Assembly (NCBI RefSeq): GCF_006345805.1
Contig: NC_043021.1
Location: 10,354,001 to 10,418,000, forward strand
Direction: 5' to 3'
Origin: Octopus sinensis
Taxonomy: Eukaryota
Length of the DNA stretch: 64,000 nt
The position numbers were made by a program, and so were the translations under genes. Positions 1-14,000 of this stretch are shown here, in pieces. The notes beneath the pieces were generated by a model that saw only the letters and a list, made by a program, of their open reading frames with translations, was not told the DNA's origin and did no database searches. Numbering within the stretch: position 1 is the first letter of the stretch; the number at the start of each line of letters is the position of its first letter.

Positions 1-576
1 ATGCAATGTTGTGATAATGTTTGTTGTTTTATAAACTAAGCAATCTTATATAATTATCTCTGTTTGTCTTTTCCTCTCCCCAGAAGCTTTCTCTTTGGTA
101 ATACAATCCGGTTGGCTAAGTTTCTCATATTTTTTGATCTCATAATTTATTTTTTATGACAAGGTTGTGTGTGTCCTAGGTCATTACAGTTAAAGACTTG
201 GTATATTTTGAATGACTCCTTATATATATCTGCTTTCATCTTCTACAAACAACAAAATTAACATTTCCGCGCATGACTTGAGATTTACATAAACTGGTGT
301 GTTGAGGGTTATGTTATCTTGTACATCTTTCTTCAGCCCTTTAGCTTTCAGATTAATCTAACCAACCAATGGAATGCTTTTTAACCACATTGTTTTGAAT
401 TAATCATGTATTCATTATCTCATTGCTTCAGAATTTTGATGTAGGCTAAGACATTGAGTAGCTAGATTTGGCTGGTTTGAACATAAGCGGGTAGAATATT
501 AGGGTTAGATGTGGCCAGTTTAATTGCTAAAGTTTTCTTCATTAGCATGTGTGTGTATGTGACAGCATATATATAT

Positions 577-702
577 GCGCAGGAGTGGCTGTGTGGTAAG
601 TAGCTTGCTTACCAATCACATGGTTCGGGTTCAGCCCACTGCGTGGCACCTTGGGCAACTGTCTTCTACTCTAGCCTCGGGCCGACCAAAGCCTGTGAGT
701 GC

Positions 703-750
<48 letters not shown>

Positions 751-1013
751 ATATACATACATACATACATACATACATACATACATTATGTATGTGTGTG
801 TGTGTGTACATGTTTATGTGTCTGTGTTTCCCCCCCCCAACATCGCTTGCTAGTGTGTTTACGTCCCCGTCACTTAGTGGTTTGACAAGCGACAACGATA
901 GAATAAGTACTAGGCTTACAAAGAATAAGTCCTGGGGTAGATTTGCTCAACTAAAGGCGCTGCTCCAGCATAGCTGCAGTCAAATGACTGAAACAAATCA
1001 ACGAATAAAAGAA
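577..1013 (+). mobile_element. tRNA-derived SINE family 2 with an internal (TA)n/(TG)n microsatellite
   Basis: Head gcgcaggagtggctgtgtggtaag...ggttcag; tail ggcggtgctccagcatggccgcagtcaaatgactgaaac; other copies at 21730-22015 and 39763-40935. Confidence 0.8.
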
Positions 1014-1385
1014 TACATATCTGTATATATTTGTGTGTATATATGAGAGCAAGAGCTCCCAGGTATAGTCCAGATTCTGGCTAATCACACCAAGTAGTAA
1101 GAAGCACCAAAGATCGTGTAGGGTGAACAATCCCACTGTGGGTCTTCTAAGAATTCACTCTGCTGAATTATGAATATTTGCAGGAGTGTAAATCCAAAAC
1201 AATTACAAAGAATACAGAGCCTGATAGAGCTTCAAATTATACTTTTAATTTAAAAGTTAATTATGCAGCATAATTAGTTAGTTGGTCATTCTAACTTACT
1301 AATTATGGTGTATAATTAATTGTTAAATTAAATGAAAGATTTGAAAATGTATCAACCTCTTGTTTTCAGTTTGTGTGTGTGTGTA

Positions 1386-1433
<48 letters not shown>

Positions 1434-2610
1434 CATACATACATATATATATATAAAACATAGTGGTGTTAATTATTTGATTATTTAATCTCAATTCAAA
1501 ACTATGAGTAAAAATAATTTTTTCAATTGTTTAAATGGTGCAACATTCATTAGCATAATTCCATTGTTGGCAGTGTTAAACAAAGCCACAGAAATAAATA
1601 TTAATTAATTGAATAATCTTTTATAAAAAAAATTATTTTAATATTTAATATATTTGTGGTGGTGAGCTGGTAGAGTCTTTATTGCATCAGGCAAAATGCT
1701 TAGCAGCATTTCATCTGTCTTTACATTCTGAGTTCAAATTCTGCTGAGGTTGACTTTGCCTTTCATCCTTTCGGGGTCAATTAAATAAGTACCAATTACG
1801 CACTGGGGTTGATGTAATCAACTTAAACCCTTTCTCTGTCCTTGTTTGTCCCCTCTGTATTTAACCTCCTGTGGGCAATAAACAGATATTTGAATTTGAG
1901 AAGGTGGCAAGCTGGCAGAATTGTTAGCATGCTGGGTGAAATGCTTAGTGGCATTTCATCTGTCTTTGTGTTCTGAGTTCAAATTCCACCAAGGTTGACT
2001 TTGTCTTTCATCCTTTCAGGGTTGATAAATTAAGTACCATTTGCATACTGGGGTCGATCTAATCGACTGGCCACCTCCCCCAAAATTTCAGGCCTTGTGC
2101 CTAGAGTAGAAAAGAATATTTGAATCGGAGCAAGTACGAAATAATACTCAGTTGACTGAAGTACCATATTTTCTGGCATATATTTTGATGTAGTATATTG
2201 TGTAAACAATCAAACATCCGCAAATCTCTTTCCAAATCCTGCTGCATTTCACATTGAATTTTTGCTCCTCCAAAGTTGTCTTGCTGTATAAGTTGAGCTA
2301 CTTCAAAAATTTTTCCTTTTTTTTAATGTAAATTTGATTTCTTTGAAAAATTTGACTTTTTTGCTGAAAGTGGTACGTTTTGTAGCAAGCATGATGGTGA
2401 GAATGAAAATAGTTATGTGTATGCAATTATACTGTAAGATCAATGCTTCTCAACTGGGATTCCACAAAAGGTTCCTAGGGGTTCTGCAAGAAAGAGTGAG
2501 ATAAGCTAATGCTAATTTCATGATGGTAATATTACTACACATGCACAACATATTATTTGTTATTGTCATATATACATCATCCTATCTAACCTATTATGTA
2601 TCAAAAAATA

Positions 2611-2782
<172 letters not shown>

Positions 2783-3800
2783 GTGTTTGTGTCAAAAGGT
2801 TAGTGTTTGCTGATGGTTTCTTTGAAGGAGTGTTCTTGTTTTGAAGATAGGAGGAAATGGAGGGGGAGAGATAAAAGAAAACACCATAGACACTGGGCTG
2901 CATTGTTCACATAACTTTTGTTTTTTCCTGCTAGTTTCATACTTAAACTATTATTGTTTGAGTTGTTTGTGTGGTACTTATATTTCCTTAGGCATATGGT
3001 ATCCGTTGTTGTCGTTGTTGGTAATCCTAGATCAAAAGTTGGCAAGCAGGCCTTTTAGAAGAGACATTCCAACTGTGACCATCTCATCTTTTATTTTTAC
3101 AATGTATTGAAATATGTCATTGTATCTAATATTTTTGTGGAGGCACAATGGCCCAGTGGTTAGGGCAGTGGACTCGCGGTCGGAGGATTGCAGTTTCGAT
3201 TCCCAGACCGGGCGTTGTGTGTGTTTATTGAGCGAAAACACCTAAAGCTCAATGAGGCTCCAGCAGGGGGTGGTGACGACCCCTGTTGTACTCTTTCACC
3301 CCAACTTTCTCTCACTCTTTCCTGTTTCTTGAGTAATGCTGCGATGGACTGGTGTCCTGTCCAGCTGGGGGGGGGGGAACACATACACCATAGAGACCGG
3401 GGAAACTGGGCCCATGAGCCTGGCTAGGCTTGAAAAGGGCGCATAGATAAAATCTAATATTTTATTATCCAATATCTCGACCTCCCCCTTTTTTCCTTTC
3501 AAAATAATACTTTGTGATTTTAAGGAGATTTGCTTGTTGCTCTTGCTATTTCTCACAGGTCAAACAACTGCAAAAAATAAATACTGGGGTCAGTTCGTTT
3601 GACAAAAAGTTCTTCAAGGCAGAGCCGTAGCATGGCCACAGTCTAATGCCTGAAATGCCATAAGTTTGTCTTGAATTAATCTTGCATTATCTTGTAGCTT
3701 TCAAGTTTTGTTGGTTGTTTATTTTCAGAACAACACTGTTGGGTGCAGGATCTGATTCACACATCAAATATGTAGAATATTTGGGCCAGATATTGCTGCT

Positions 3801-4536
3801 TTAACCCTTTAGCATTTAAACTGGCCATATCCGGCCCAAATATGCTTCCTGTTTTATGTTCTAACCATCCAGATCAAGCCTACCATACCTACCCTTCAAT
3901 GCCATTATAAAATATAGTCACATCATCAAAATTTCAAAGCTGCAAAATAATGCAGGATTAATTTTAAAACAATTTGAATTAAAAAGTGTTACATTTGACA
4001 GAATAATCTGAATGCTAAAGGGTTAAAATGCTAATGAGTTGTAATATTAGCAAGAAATTTTAAAGGAATGTTTTAAATTAGATTACTTTAACCCTTTCGT
4101 TACCAACCTGGCTGAAACCATCTCTGGCTCTGTAGTACAAATGTCTTGTTTTCATAAGTTTTGAATTAAAATCTTCCACCAAACCTTAGTCACGATTTAT
4201 GTTCCTGACACTAGCTGAATGGTAACTAAAACATTTTACTAAATTCTTTGTTATATTTAAAGTAATTGAAAGAAACACAGAGCATCTCAAAATAAATACG
4301 GTAACGAAAGGGCTAACCCTTTAGCATTTAAACCAGTCACATCCAGCCCAAATATTCTCACTGCTTCATGTTCAAACTAGTGAAATTGGTCTTCTCACAC
4401 CGAGCCTACAATGTCATTTGAAAAATATGCAATCGCATCATCGAAATTTCAAAGCTAAAAGATAATGCATGATTAATTTAAAACAATGTGAATACATGAG
4501 CGCTATATTTGAGTTATCTGAACACTAAAGGGTTAA
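3801..4536. mobile_element. Cluster of piggyBac-like MITEs (TTAA/CCCTT termini), two families
   Basis: ttaaccctttagcatt...aatgctaaagggttaa (3801-4026) and ttaaccctttcgttacc...gtaacgaaaggg (4088-4313), abutting another copy. The same families recur at about 5175, 19930, 34558, 48900 and 62613. Confidence 0.75.
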
Positions 4537-5831
4537 ACAAGAAGATCGTATCATAGCACCAAAGGCAGTCTCGGGTGGTGGAGGCGTGTGGCTTAGTGGT
4601 TAGTGTTGGACTCGTGATTGTAAGGTTGTGGTTTCCATTCCAGGGCCAGGCGATGTGTTGTGTTCTTGAGCAAAACACTTCATTTCATATTGCTTCAGTC
4701 CATTCATCTGGTAATAAGTAACCCTACGATGGACCAGCATCCCATGCAGGTGGGGAATATATCTGCCATGAAACCAGGAAACCGGCCCTTAGGAGTCGGC
4801 ATAAATCAAAAAATCTCAGGTGGGATGGTATCAAAAGGGTTAAACCAGTCTGTTGAAATCTAAATTAATCCTGTTATGGCCAACCCATTTATTATCAGTT
4901 TTGTTGTAATCTTCAACACAATAGACCAATGGTGGTGGTGGTGGTGGTACAACACAGTAGCTAAATCCAACTTTTTGACTGTTTTGTCATCATCTATTTT
5001 TGTATACACTATATTCTCTTTGTCTCAGACTAACCATATTCATTGACTGCTGAACAATTTTCTCTTGTGCTATTTAGCTTGTTTTGTAGCTTTAAATGTG
5101 GGAGAATACACCCACACAACTACCCTGGTTTCCACCTCTAGTATTTTAAAGGAATGTTTTAAATTAGATTACTTTAACCCTTTCGTTACCAACCCAGCTG
5201 AAACCGCCTCTGGCTCTGAGTACAAATGTCTTGTTTTCATAAGTTTTGAATTAAAATCTCCCACCAAACCTTAGTCACAATTTATGTTCCTGACACTAGC
5301 TAAAATATTTTACTAAATTCTTTGTTATATTTAAAGTAATTGAAAGAAACACAGAGCATCTCAAAATATATACAGTAATGAAAGGGTTAACCCTTTAGCA
5401 TTTAAACCAGTCACATCCAGCCCAAATATTCTCACTGCTTCATGTTCAAACTAGTGAAATTGGTCTTCTTCACACTATGTAACTCTTTACCTAAACAGGG
5501 TGAATTATTCTGACACTACCAACTATTCTCACTTATCCTTCATGAAATTTACTAGAAGTGTTTTGGTCCCTGTGTGGAAACCTGTGAAGATTTACCCTTT
5601 AGCATTTAAACTGGCCTTTTATTGGTGCCCAAATAGTCTTCCTGTTTTATGTTCAAACTGGCCAGGTCCAGCCTCTTACACCTACCCAACTATATTCTAA
5701 AAATAAACAATTACATCAAGATAAGGCAGGATGAATTCAAAACAATGTGAATATATAAGCATTACATTCGACAGAGGAGTTTTCTGAATGCTAAAGAGTT
5801 TAAAATGGGATGCGCAAGTTGCCATGTTTCA

Positions 5832-6152
5832 GCAGTCTAGAAATATAGGACGAATGCTGCCGTTGATTAGCTCCAAGGGGCCATCGCCTCTAGCTAGCTA
5901 TGTGACACACGAACCTGTGTCCATTATAATTTTCGAACAGGGGAGGGCCGCCACTTCCCTTGCTGGTCAGGCATCTACAAGGGCAAATACCCTAAAAGTA
6001 ATCTGCAGATGCCTGACAAGCAAGGGGGAGCAGCTGACCTCCATTGTTCGAAGGTTATAATGGACATAGGTTCGTGTGTCACATAGCTAGCTAGAGGTGA
6101 TGGCCTCTTGGAGCTAATCAATGGCAGCATTTGACCTATATTTCTGGACTGC
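5832..6152. mobile_element. Palindromic MITE / long hairpin (about 148-bp arms), with a partial third copy at about 6200-6260
   Basis: gcagtctagaaatataggacgaatgctgcc... is complementary to ...ggcagcatttgacctatatttctggactgc. Confidence 0.8.
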
Positions 6153-6493
6153 CATATTAGCTTGGTGATAACTAATAATATCCAATAGCGCTGGATATTG
6201 AGGCGATGGCCTCTTGGAGCTAATTAACGGCAGCATTCGTCCTATATTTCTGGACTGCCATATTTACTTGGCGATAACTATTAATATTTATGGTATAAAT
6301 TTGACTAAAACATCAATTCCAAAGAGTTTCCAATAATTCCATAATTTCAATTACACAAATGAATTTATTTTAATTTAATGACAAGTTACTTTTGTTAAAA
6401 TATTTTGAATTTCTGTGGCTTTTATTTTAAGCAAAAATAGTGAAGAAAATATAAATAAATTTTTCTTTTTCTTTTTGTTTTTTCTAATTACAG

Positions 6494-6637
6494 CAAGAAA
6501 GGTTTCAAAGTTCGTTCCTTTGGTACCGGGTCCCAGGTGAAGTTACCAGGCCCCTCTCCCGATCGTCCAAATATCTATGACTTCAACACAACCTATGATG
6601 AAATGTATAAAGATTTGATGCGGAAAGACAGTGAATT
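6494..6637 (+). CDS. SSU72: Ssu72 coding exon 2 (144 bp)
   Basis: Polypyrimidine tract plus ctaattacag acceptor; encodes [20 protein letters not shown]...RKDSE; followed by GTATCC donor. Confidence 0.95.
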
Positions 6638-6923
6638 GTATCCCAGACCTGCTAATATTTTTCTCTTTTGAAGGAAAAAATTTTTTCCCCCTGTTTCTCA
6701 CTCTCTATTATTTTTTCTTTAATTTTCCTTTATTTTTCTTCTCCAAATATTTTCCTTTAAAAGAAAAACAAATTATTCCCTTCAACCTACATATTTAGAT
6801 ATTTTAATTTTTAACCCTATTTTTTCATATCCTAAATTAAGTGCATATTTAAACACTGTTAAATTACTGGTATTCACGTGATATTTTTCATAAGCAAGTG
6901 TATGTGTGTGTATGCACATATAT

Positions 6924-6960
<37 letters not shown>

Positions 6961-9900
6961 TATCTTCTAATCATATATGTTATTTTTTAAAATTTAATTT
7001 TGCTTTATATTTTTTGATATTTTTTATTTACAGCTTTTGGACAGTTTTATATAAATATTTCTACAGCTATAACCTTATTTATTATTTTTTTTCCCCTATT
7101 GTAGTTGGAAGCTTGCTACATTCACTGCTCATCACTTACAACCTGAAATCCTTGTAAAGTTTACCAATCAGTGTTTATATGCCCCTCACAGCCCATGCAC
7201 ATGTATATTAAAAATATATATATATATTAGAGACAGAAGCTGTATTTCTACCGAGAGGGTGTTCTGTTAGAACAGGCTATACTGTGGTAGTTAAGTATTG
7301 GATTTTGGTGCAAAATACACTCTTGTTTACATTGCTTGTGGGGAGGCAAATCCCCTATACCTCCAGCACCAAGACTATGACCTTGTCGATGATGGAAGCC
7401 TGGCCCCTAGAGATAGCAGTGACTCTTCTCCACCAGTGATATATAGGTAAATAGTGTCTGAACGGATGCTGGTGTTGCGACTAGCCAGTTAGCTTGTTAG
7501 AAGGCGGCGCGCTGGCAGAAACGTTAGCACGCCAGGGGAAATGCTTAGCGGTATTTTGTCTGCCGCTATGTTCTGAGTTCAAATTCCGCTGAGGTCAACT
7601 TAGCCTTTCATCCTTTCGGGATTGATAAATCAAGTACCAGTTACACACTGGGGTTGATGTAATCGACTTAACCCCTTTGTCTGTCCTTGTTTGTCCCCTC
7701 TGTGTTTAGCCCCTTGTGGGCAATAAAGAAATAAGTTAGCTTGTTAGAAAATATATATTGACAGGCACTGTATTTATACCAGGAAGTATTATTTATCCCC
7801 ACTTAAACATAAATACGATGTTAGAACAAAATATATATACATGCACAAACCAAAAGCCAATGTGAGACATTCTCTCACGGTAACTACCGCAGTATAGCTT
7901 GTTCTAACAGAACATCTGTGTTTAGATGGGGATAAATAATGCTCCTTATATCTGATGGTCTGATTTGCTTGACTTGTACTACTCAGCTTTTATGCAGCAG
8001 TAGGCCACTCCGTGTAAGGTCAGCTCAAAGCTCAATTGTAGCAGATATATATAAATGTTCTGATATAGTGCATATATAAATATTGCGTGAGGAATATTTG
8101 TTACTATAAACAAATCATTTGTGCAGGTCGTTCAGTAAAATCTGAACACTCATACATTGTCTTCGACGGGAGAGTTCATTATAAATATTGAAAGAGAACA
8201 TCTGAACATGGCCGTTGCCAGTGCCGCCCTGACTGGCCTTGTGCCGGTGGCACGTAAAAAGCACCATCTGATCATGACCGTTTGCCAGCCTTGTCTAGCA
8301 TCTGTGCTGGTGGCACGTAAAAAGCACCATCCGATCATGACTGTTTGCCAGCCTCGCCTGGCCCCTGTGCCGGTGGCACATAAAAAGTACCATCCGATCG
8401 TGACTGTTTACCAGCCTCGCCTGGCATATGTGCCGGTGGCACGTAAAAAGCACCCACTACACTCACGGAGTGGTTGGCGTTAGGAAGGGCAGCCAGCTGT
8501 AGAAACATTGCCAGAACAGACTGGAGCCTGGTGCAGCCTTCTGGCTTCCCAGACCCCAGTTGAACTGTCCAACTCGTGCTAGCATGGAAAGTGGACGCTA
8601 AACGATGATGATGATGATGATGATGATGAAACATACTGTATATATATATTATGTAGATGTAGATACAAATAATGTTAATATGATGGCAGTTTCTTGGTGT
8701 TTAATGATCACGAGGAAGTGCTGCATCCCCTTAATTGTTTATGTAAATTGATGCTGCAGGGCTTTCCTTCCAGCTTCTGGTTATTAGTTTTAAAGTGAGA
8801 GTCAGTCTGTGCAATCCAGTCCTATTGTTTAGACTAGGAGGTCTCACCACAGTTGATCTGTGTCCTAGGACAGCTGTGATGACCAGCAATCTGTGGGTTG
8901 TTTTTTACATTTGAGTGGCTTTCTCCTTGGTGAATTACCTTATAGGGCTGGAGAGCTCCACATGCCCTGGTCTTGCTGGAAGGGTGTCAAATAGGGCACC
9001 GGGCTGCCTGAGGGACTCCATCACTCCTTGGTTTTCCATAAGGGTTGATTCTTCTAGCAATGTAAATATAGATGTGAGGTAAATAGTCCTGGAAATCTAA
9101 ATAAGTTTCTCAAATGCAAGTCTTTGATTTAAATAGCTACATTCCAAGCGTTATTATTTATCAGTTATTCTCCAGGGCATTCCCTGACTCATTAAGAGCG
9201 AAAGGAATGTTTTAATTAACTTGCTGGACTACAGAGGCATATCTTGATTAATTTCCATTAATTTGTATCACTGCTCCCCTCTCCTCCCACCCCACTCCCA
9301 GTATACAACATTTTACTTAATACTGATTTGCAGTGAATGTATCAAAGTATTGCTTAGTTCCATCGGTACCAAGTAGTTCATTGTAGTTGGTGTTCAACAT
9401 TCGCACACTACTGTATGTATGTGTGGAGTAGAATAGACAAAAAGCTTTGCAATAATGAGGTCCTGAGTCTGAGTGTACTGCATGTCGCCATGGCAATCCT
9501 TGTTAGTGAAATTGAATGGGTGAGAATTATGGAAGCCCATCAAATGGACTGTGTCTAAAATTCAAAGATGCCAGCAGCCTTCTTATTATGATTCTGCCTC
9601 AGGTTTATATTTAGGGTGTGATTGTCTTAGTAATACTTTGGTCACTTAGACTATAATACAAGGAGGGGTGCTGCTCTTGCTGAAAGTTGCTGGCCATATA
9701 TTCTTGTGCTGATAAGATTGATGATTACGAGAAAGGGTCCAAGTGCCTGTAAATAGACTCAGTATTGCTATCGTCTTTCCAGCTGCTCCCACCTACCCTT
9801 ATATAATGTTGGGGTAACCTTTGTATCTCATCTATAGCAAGACACCCGGTCTTGTCCATCTATCACATTTTAGCCTTTACCTTCTCACTCCCAGATATTA

Positions 9901-10983
9901 CTCCCCACTCCCTATTTAGTTGGGGTGCCTTTTCCCCCTTTTTCTTTATCCTGTTTTTATCCTTGTGTTGCAAGTTATTTGGCGAACCTCACTTGTGTTG
10001 GTGGCACAAAAAATAGACCCCAGTACACTCTGTGAAGTGGTTGGCTTTAGGAAGGGCATCCAGCCACAGAAAACGTGTCAAAGCAAGTATTGGAGCTCAA
10101 TGCAGTCCTTGGACCCATCAGATCCTATCAAACTGACCAACCCATACCAGCATGGAAAACGGACATTAAATGATGATGGCCGAATGGTTAAGAAGTTCAC
10201 ATCTCAACCACAAGGTCCCAATTTCAATCCCACTGCATGGTATTTTGGGCGAATGTCATTTACTATAGGCTCTGATTAACCCATACCCTATGAATAAAAT
10301 AGGGTTGACGGAGACTGTACTGAAGCCTGTCAGGTGGATCGTACATGTAATTCAAAGATACAACATTGTCGCACAGTCGTGATCTTTCTGCTAGAGATTT
10401 ACATTTAGCCAGATGTGTCTGTTTCGATTCTTGGTGGCATGTTGGATCCTTAAGCAAGACACTTTATTTCACATTGCTTCAGTCCACTCACCTGGCAAAA
10501 ATGAGCTGCTGCACCTGCAATTCAAAGGGGCCAGCCTTGTCAAATTCTGTGTCATGCTGAATCTCCCTGAGAACTATATTAAAGGTATGCATGTCTGTGG
10601 AGTACTCAGCCACTTGTACATTAATCTCACGATCTGGCTGATCCATGGATCGGATCAGCCGGAACCCTTGTTGTCATAACCGACTGAGTGCCCAACCAGA
10701 TGTATCTGTGGAATACTCGGCCACTAAATGTTAATTCACTGAGCAAAGTAAAGTGATTCACATGAGTGAACAATTGAAACTTAATTGTCAGTTGATGGAG
10801 ATCCATCAGTTGTGTGTGTGTGATATTGAAAGCATATGTTTAAGATTGTGACTATCAGCCTTAACCATTTTCTTATGTAGCCTGCTTTACTGAAAATCGT
10901 GGGTATAAACTCATGAATTTGTAATCAGGGTGTAGGAACAGCCTTTTGAGTTGATTTGGTTGATGGAAACTGAAAGAAACCTG

Positions 10984-11039
<56 letters not shown>

Positions 11040-14000
11040 CCCCCTTCGGTCACGACACAGACCATGAGATTGCACCTAGAAAGTTACCTTCCGAGGCACA
11101 AGTCCGGGCAAGGTTGTTTATGGAAGACCAGCAGTCGCCCATGCATACCGGCTTCCCCTCTCCACGCCACCAGTGTTATCCAAGGGAGAGGCAACGGCCG
11201 ATACAGCTTGGCACCTGTGATGTTGCAACTCATTTCTACAGCTGAGTGAACTGGAGTAATGTGAAATAAAGTGTCTTGCTCAAGAACACAACAAGCAGCC
11301 CGGTCCGAGATTTGAGCTCACAACCTCACGATCGTAAGCTCGATGCTTTAACCACTGAGCTATTCGCCTTCACATATATATATATATGGCATGGCTGCCC
11401 AGATTCCAATTGTTTGTTGTGGGATGGTTTCTATAGCTGGGTATCCTTCTTAATGCCAACCACTTAACAGTGTGTGTTGGGTGCTTTTTTTTGTGCCACC
11501 GGCATGGGTGCATTTACACAGCACTGGCACTGGTGCATTTTATGTGGCACCGCCACCTGAAAGGTCAAACCTGTATGTTGGGAAGACACCGATTTTTCTT
11601 AGTTTAATATGTCTTATTAAGTACAGCAAATCGCTACATCTTCTGGTCCCTTGTCAGTTCCTCAGTGAGGCTCAGCGTTCAAAGATCCTTTCTCACCACT
11701 TCGTCCCATGTCTTCCTGGGTCTACCCCTTCCACAGGTACCCTCCGTGATATATATATATATATATGCGTGTCTGTGTTTGTCTCATGCCAATGCTTGAC
11801 AACCAAATTTTTTTTTAATGTGTCTGTAACCTAGTGATTCAGTGAAAGAGAATGATAAATTAAGATCAAGCTTTAAAAAGAGAAATTAAGTACTGGGGTC
11901 AACTAGTTCAACTAAAACCCTTCAAGGCAGTGCCCCACCATGGTCACTGTCCATTAACTGAAACAAGTAAAGGACGAAACAATATTTACCAAAATGATGT
12001 GTAAACTGTGTAATGAAAATGTTCAGAAATCATTGTAGATGTTGAAGGTCAACTATGTGTTTGTTATTTTTTAGTTGTCTATATTATTATTAAGGTAACG
12101 AGTTGGCAGAATTGTTAGCATGTCGGGTAAAATGCTTAGCGGTATTTCGCCCATCCTTACATTCTGAGTTCAAACTCTGCCAAGGTCGACTTTACCTTTC
12201 ATCCTTTCGGGGTCGATAGAATAAGTACTGGTTGAAGACTGGGGTCGATGTAATTGACTCTTCCCTCCCCCAACATTGCTGCCCTTGTGGCAAAATTTGA
12301 AACCATTATTATTATTATATTATTATTATTATTATTATATTATTATTAATAAGCTGGTGAGCTGGCAGAATTGTTAGCACACCAGGCGAAATGCTTAGCA
12401 GTATTTTGTCCATCTTTACGTTTTGAGTTCAAATTCCACCCGAGGTTGACTTTACTTTTCATCCTTTCGGGGTTGATAAAATAAGTACCAGTTGAGCACT
12501 TGACTTGATGCAATCGGCTTAACCCCAACCCTAAACTTGCTGGCCTTGTGCCAAAATTTGAAACCATTATTATTATTATTATTATTATATTATTATTATT
12601 ATTAACGATGTATAAGGTGGTGAGCTGGCAGAATCATAAGGATGCTGGGCACAATGCTTAGTAGCATTTTGTTTGTCTTTACAAACCAAGTTCAAATTCC
12701 ACTAAGGTTGACTTTGCTTTTCACCCTTTCAGGGTCGATGAAATAAGTATCTATCAAGTACTGAGAGGTCAGTGTAATCATCTAGTCCCCCTCCCCCGCA
12801 AATTTCAGGCTTGTGCCTTTAGTAGAAAGGATTGTTATTAATGGTGTTGGTATTCAGTTGTATCAGCCGTTCAACGGTTCACATCTTACTGGCGTCGGTT
12901 TAAGATGTGGCTTCTATTGAAAAGTGAGTGTCCTGCTGGAGAATGACTACTTGGTGCTACTACCGCTACTACAGATATTATTACAGGGCTTCAGATGGTA
13001 CTTTGTGTAACTTTTAACAATCTTACTACTATAACTACTACTACTACTACTATTTGTTACTTCTACACTTTGAAAGAAAACCCTGGATTTTTTAAAATCT
13101 AACCACACGGACTAAGAACGACCATTTGTATAATTGAGAGGGATCAAAAAGTACCAACACAACAACAACCATGACCACCACCACCACAACAACAAGTCTT
13201 TCAGATCAAATGACAGTGATCTGACTAAGGTAAGTGAAAATGTGTTCAGGTGGAGTAACATATAGATCAGGACTTAAACTATTTAACAGTTCAGTGTGAA
13301 CTTGTTTCTTGTTGGTTCTGTAAACCCCCCCGACACCCTCACCTTCGTTCCTTACCGTTAAACTTGCTATGGAATTGATAAATGCCAATAATAGTAATCT
13401 GTTTTGTTTTATATTTTAGGGATATCTTTCATAGTATTTCTCCTCTTATATTTTGGGCTGTCTTTCATAGTGTTACTTCTTTGAATAACTATTTTTCCTG
13501 TGGTCTATGATTCCTGTGTTTAATCCCTTTTTTTCTTCAATGTAGGTTAAAGGATTTTATTTGGTTACATTATTTGTTGTTTGTGGTTAGTCATGCCTGA
13601 CCTCAGCCTTTCGTTAGTATTTTCTAGCTTTGATTCACAGCCACCCTAGTCAGTCTCTTTCCACTTATGTTCCAAATCATGGTCAGTTTCTTTCCCCCAC
13701 TTAGATCCAAAGCCCTAGTTATCTGTTCCTCTCTTTGTTTTCAGCCCCTGGTCAGTCTATTCTTTCATTTGTTCAAAACCTCCCTTAAGGTCAATCTTGT
13801 CCCTCTTCAGTTTACAACCTCAAGCCAGTTTTATCCTTCCATTGTTGACAGCATTCAGTTCTTTTCCTTCTTTAATTCACAACCGACATGTCTTCACTTC
13901 TTTGGTTCAAACCCCTCCCTCTCTGTCAATTATACCCTTCCTGTTTCCATTATTGGCCATAATGATGGGCTGCTGCACAGTTTTGGTCTACCAAATATCA

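Noticed and set aside
3138-3215. tRNA-like sequences (A and B boxes) here and at many other sites
   Set aside because: These are heads of multi-copy SINEs that continue into SINE bodies; no complete cloverleaf with an acceptor stem
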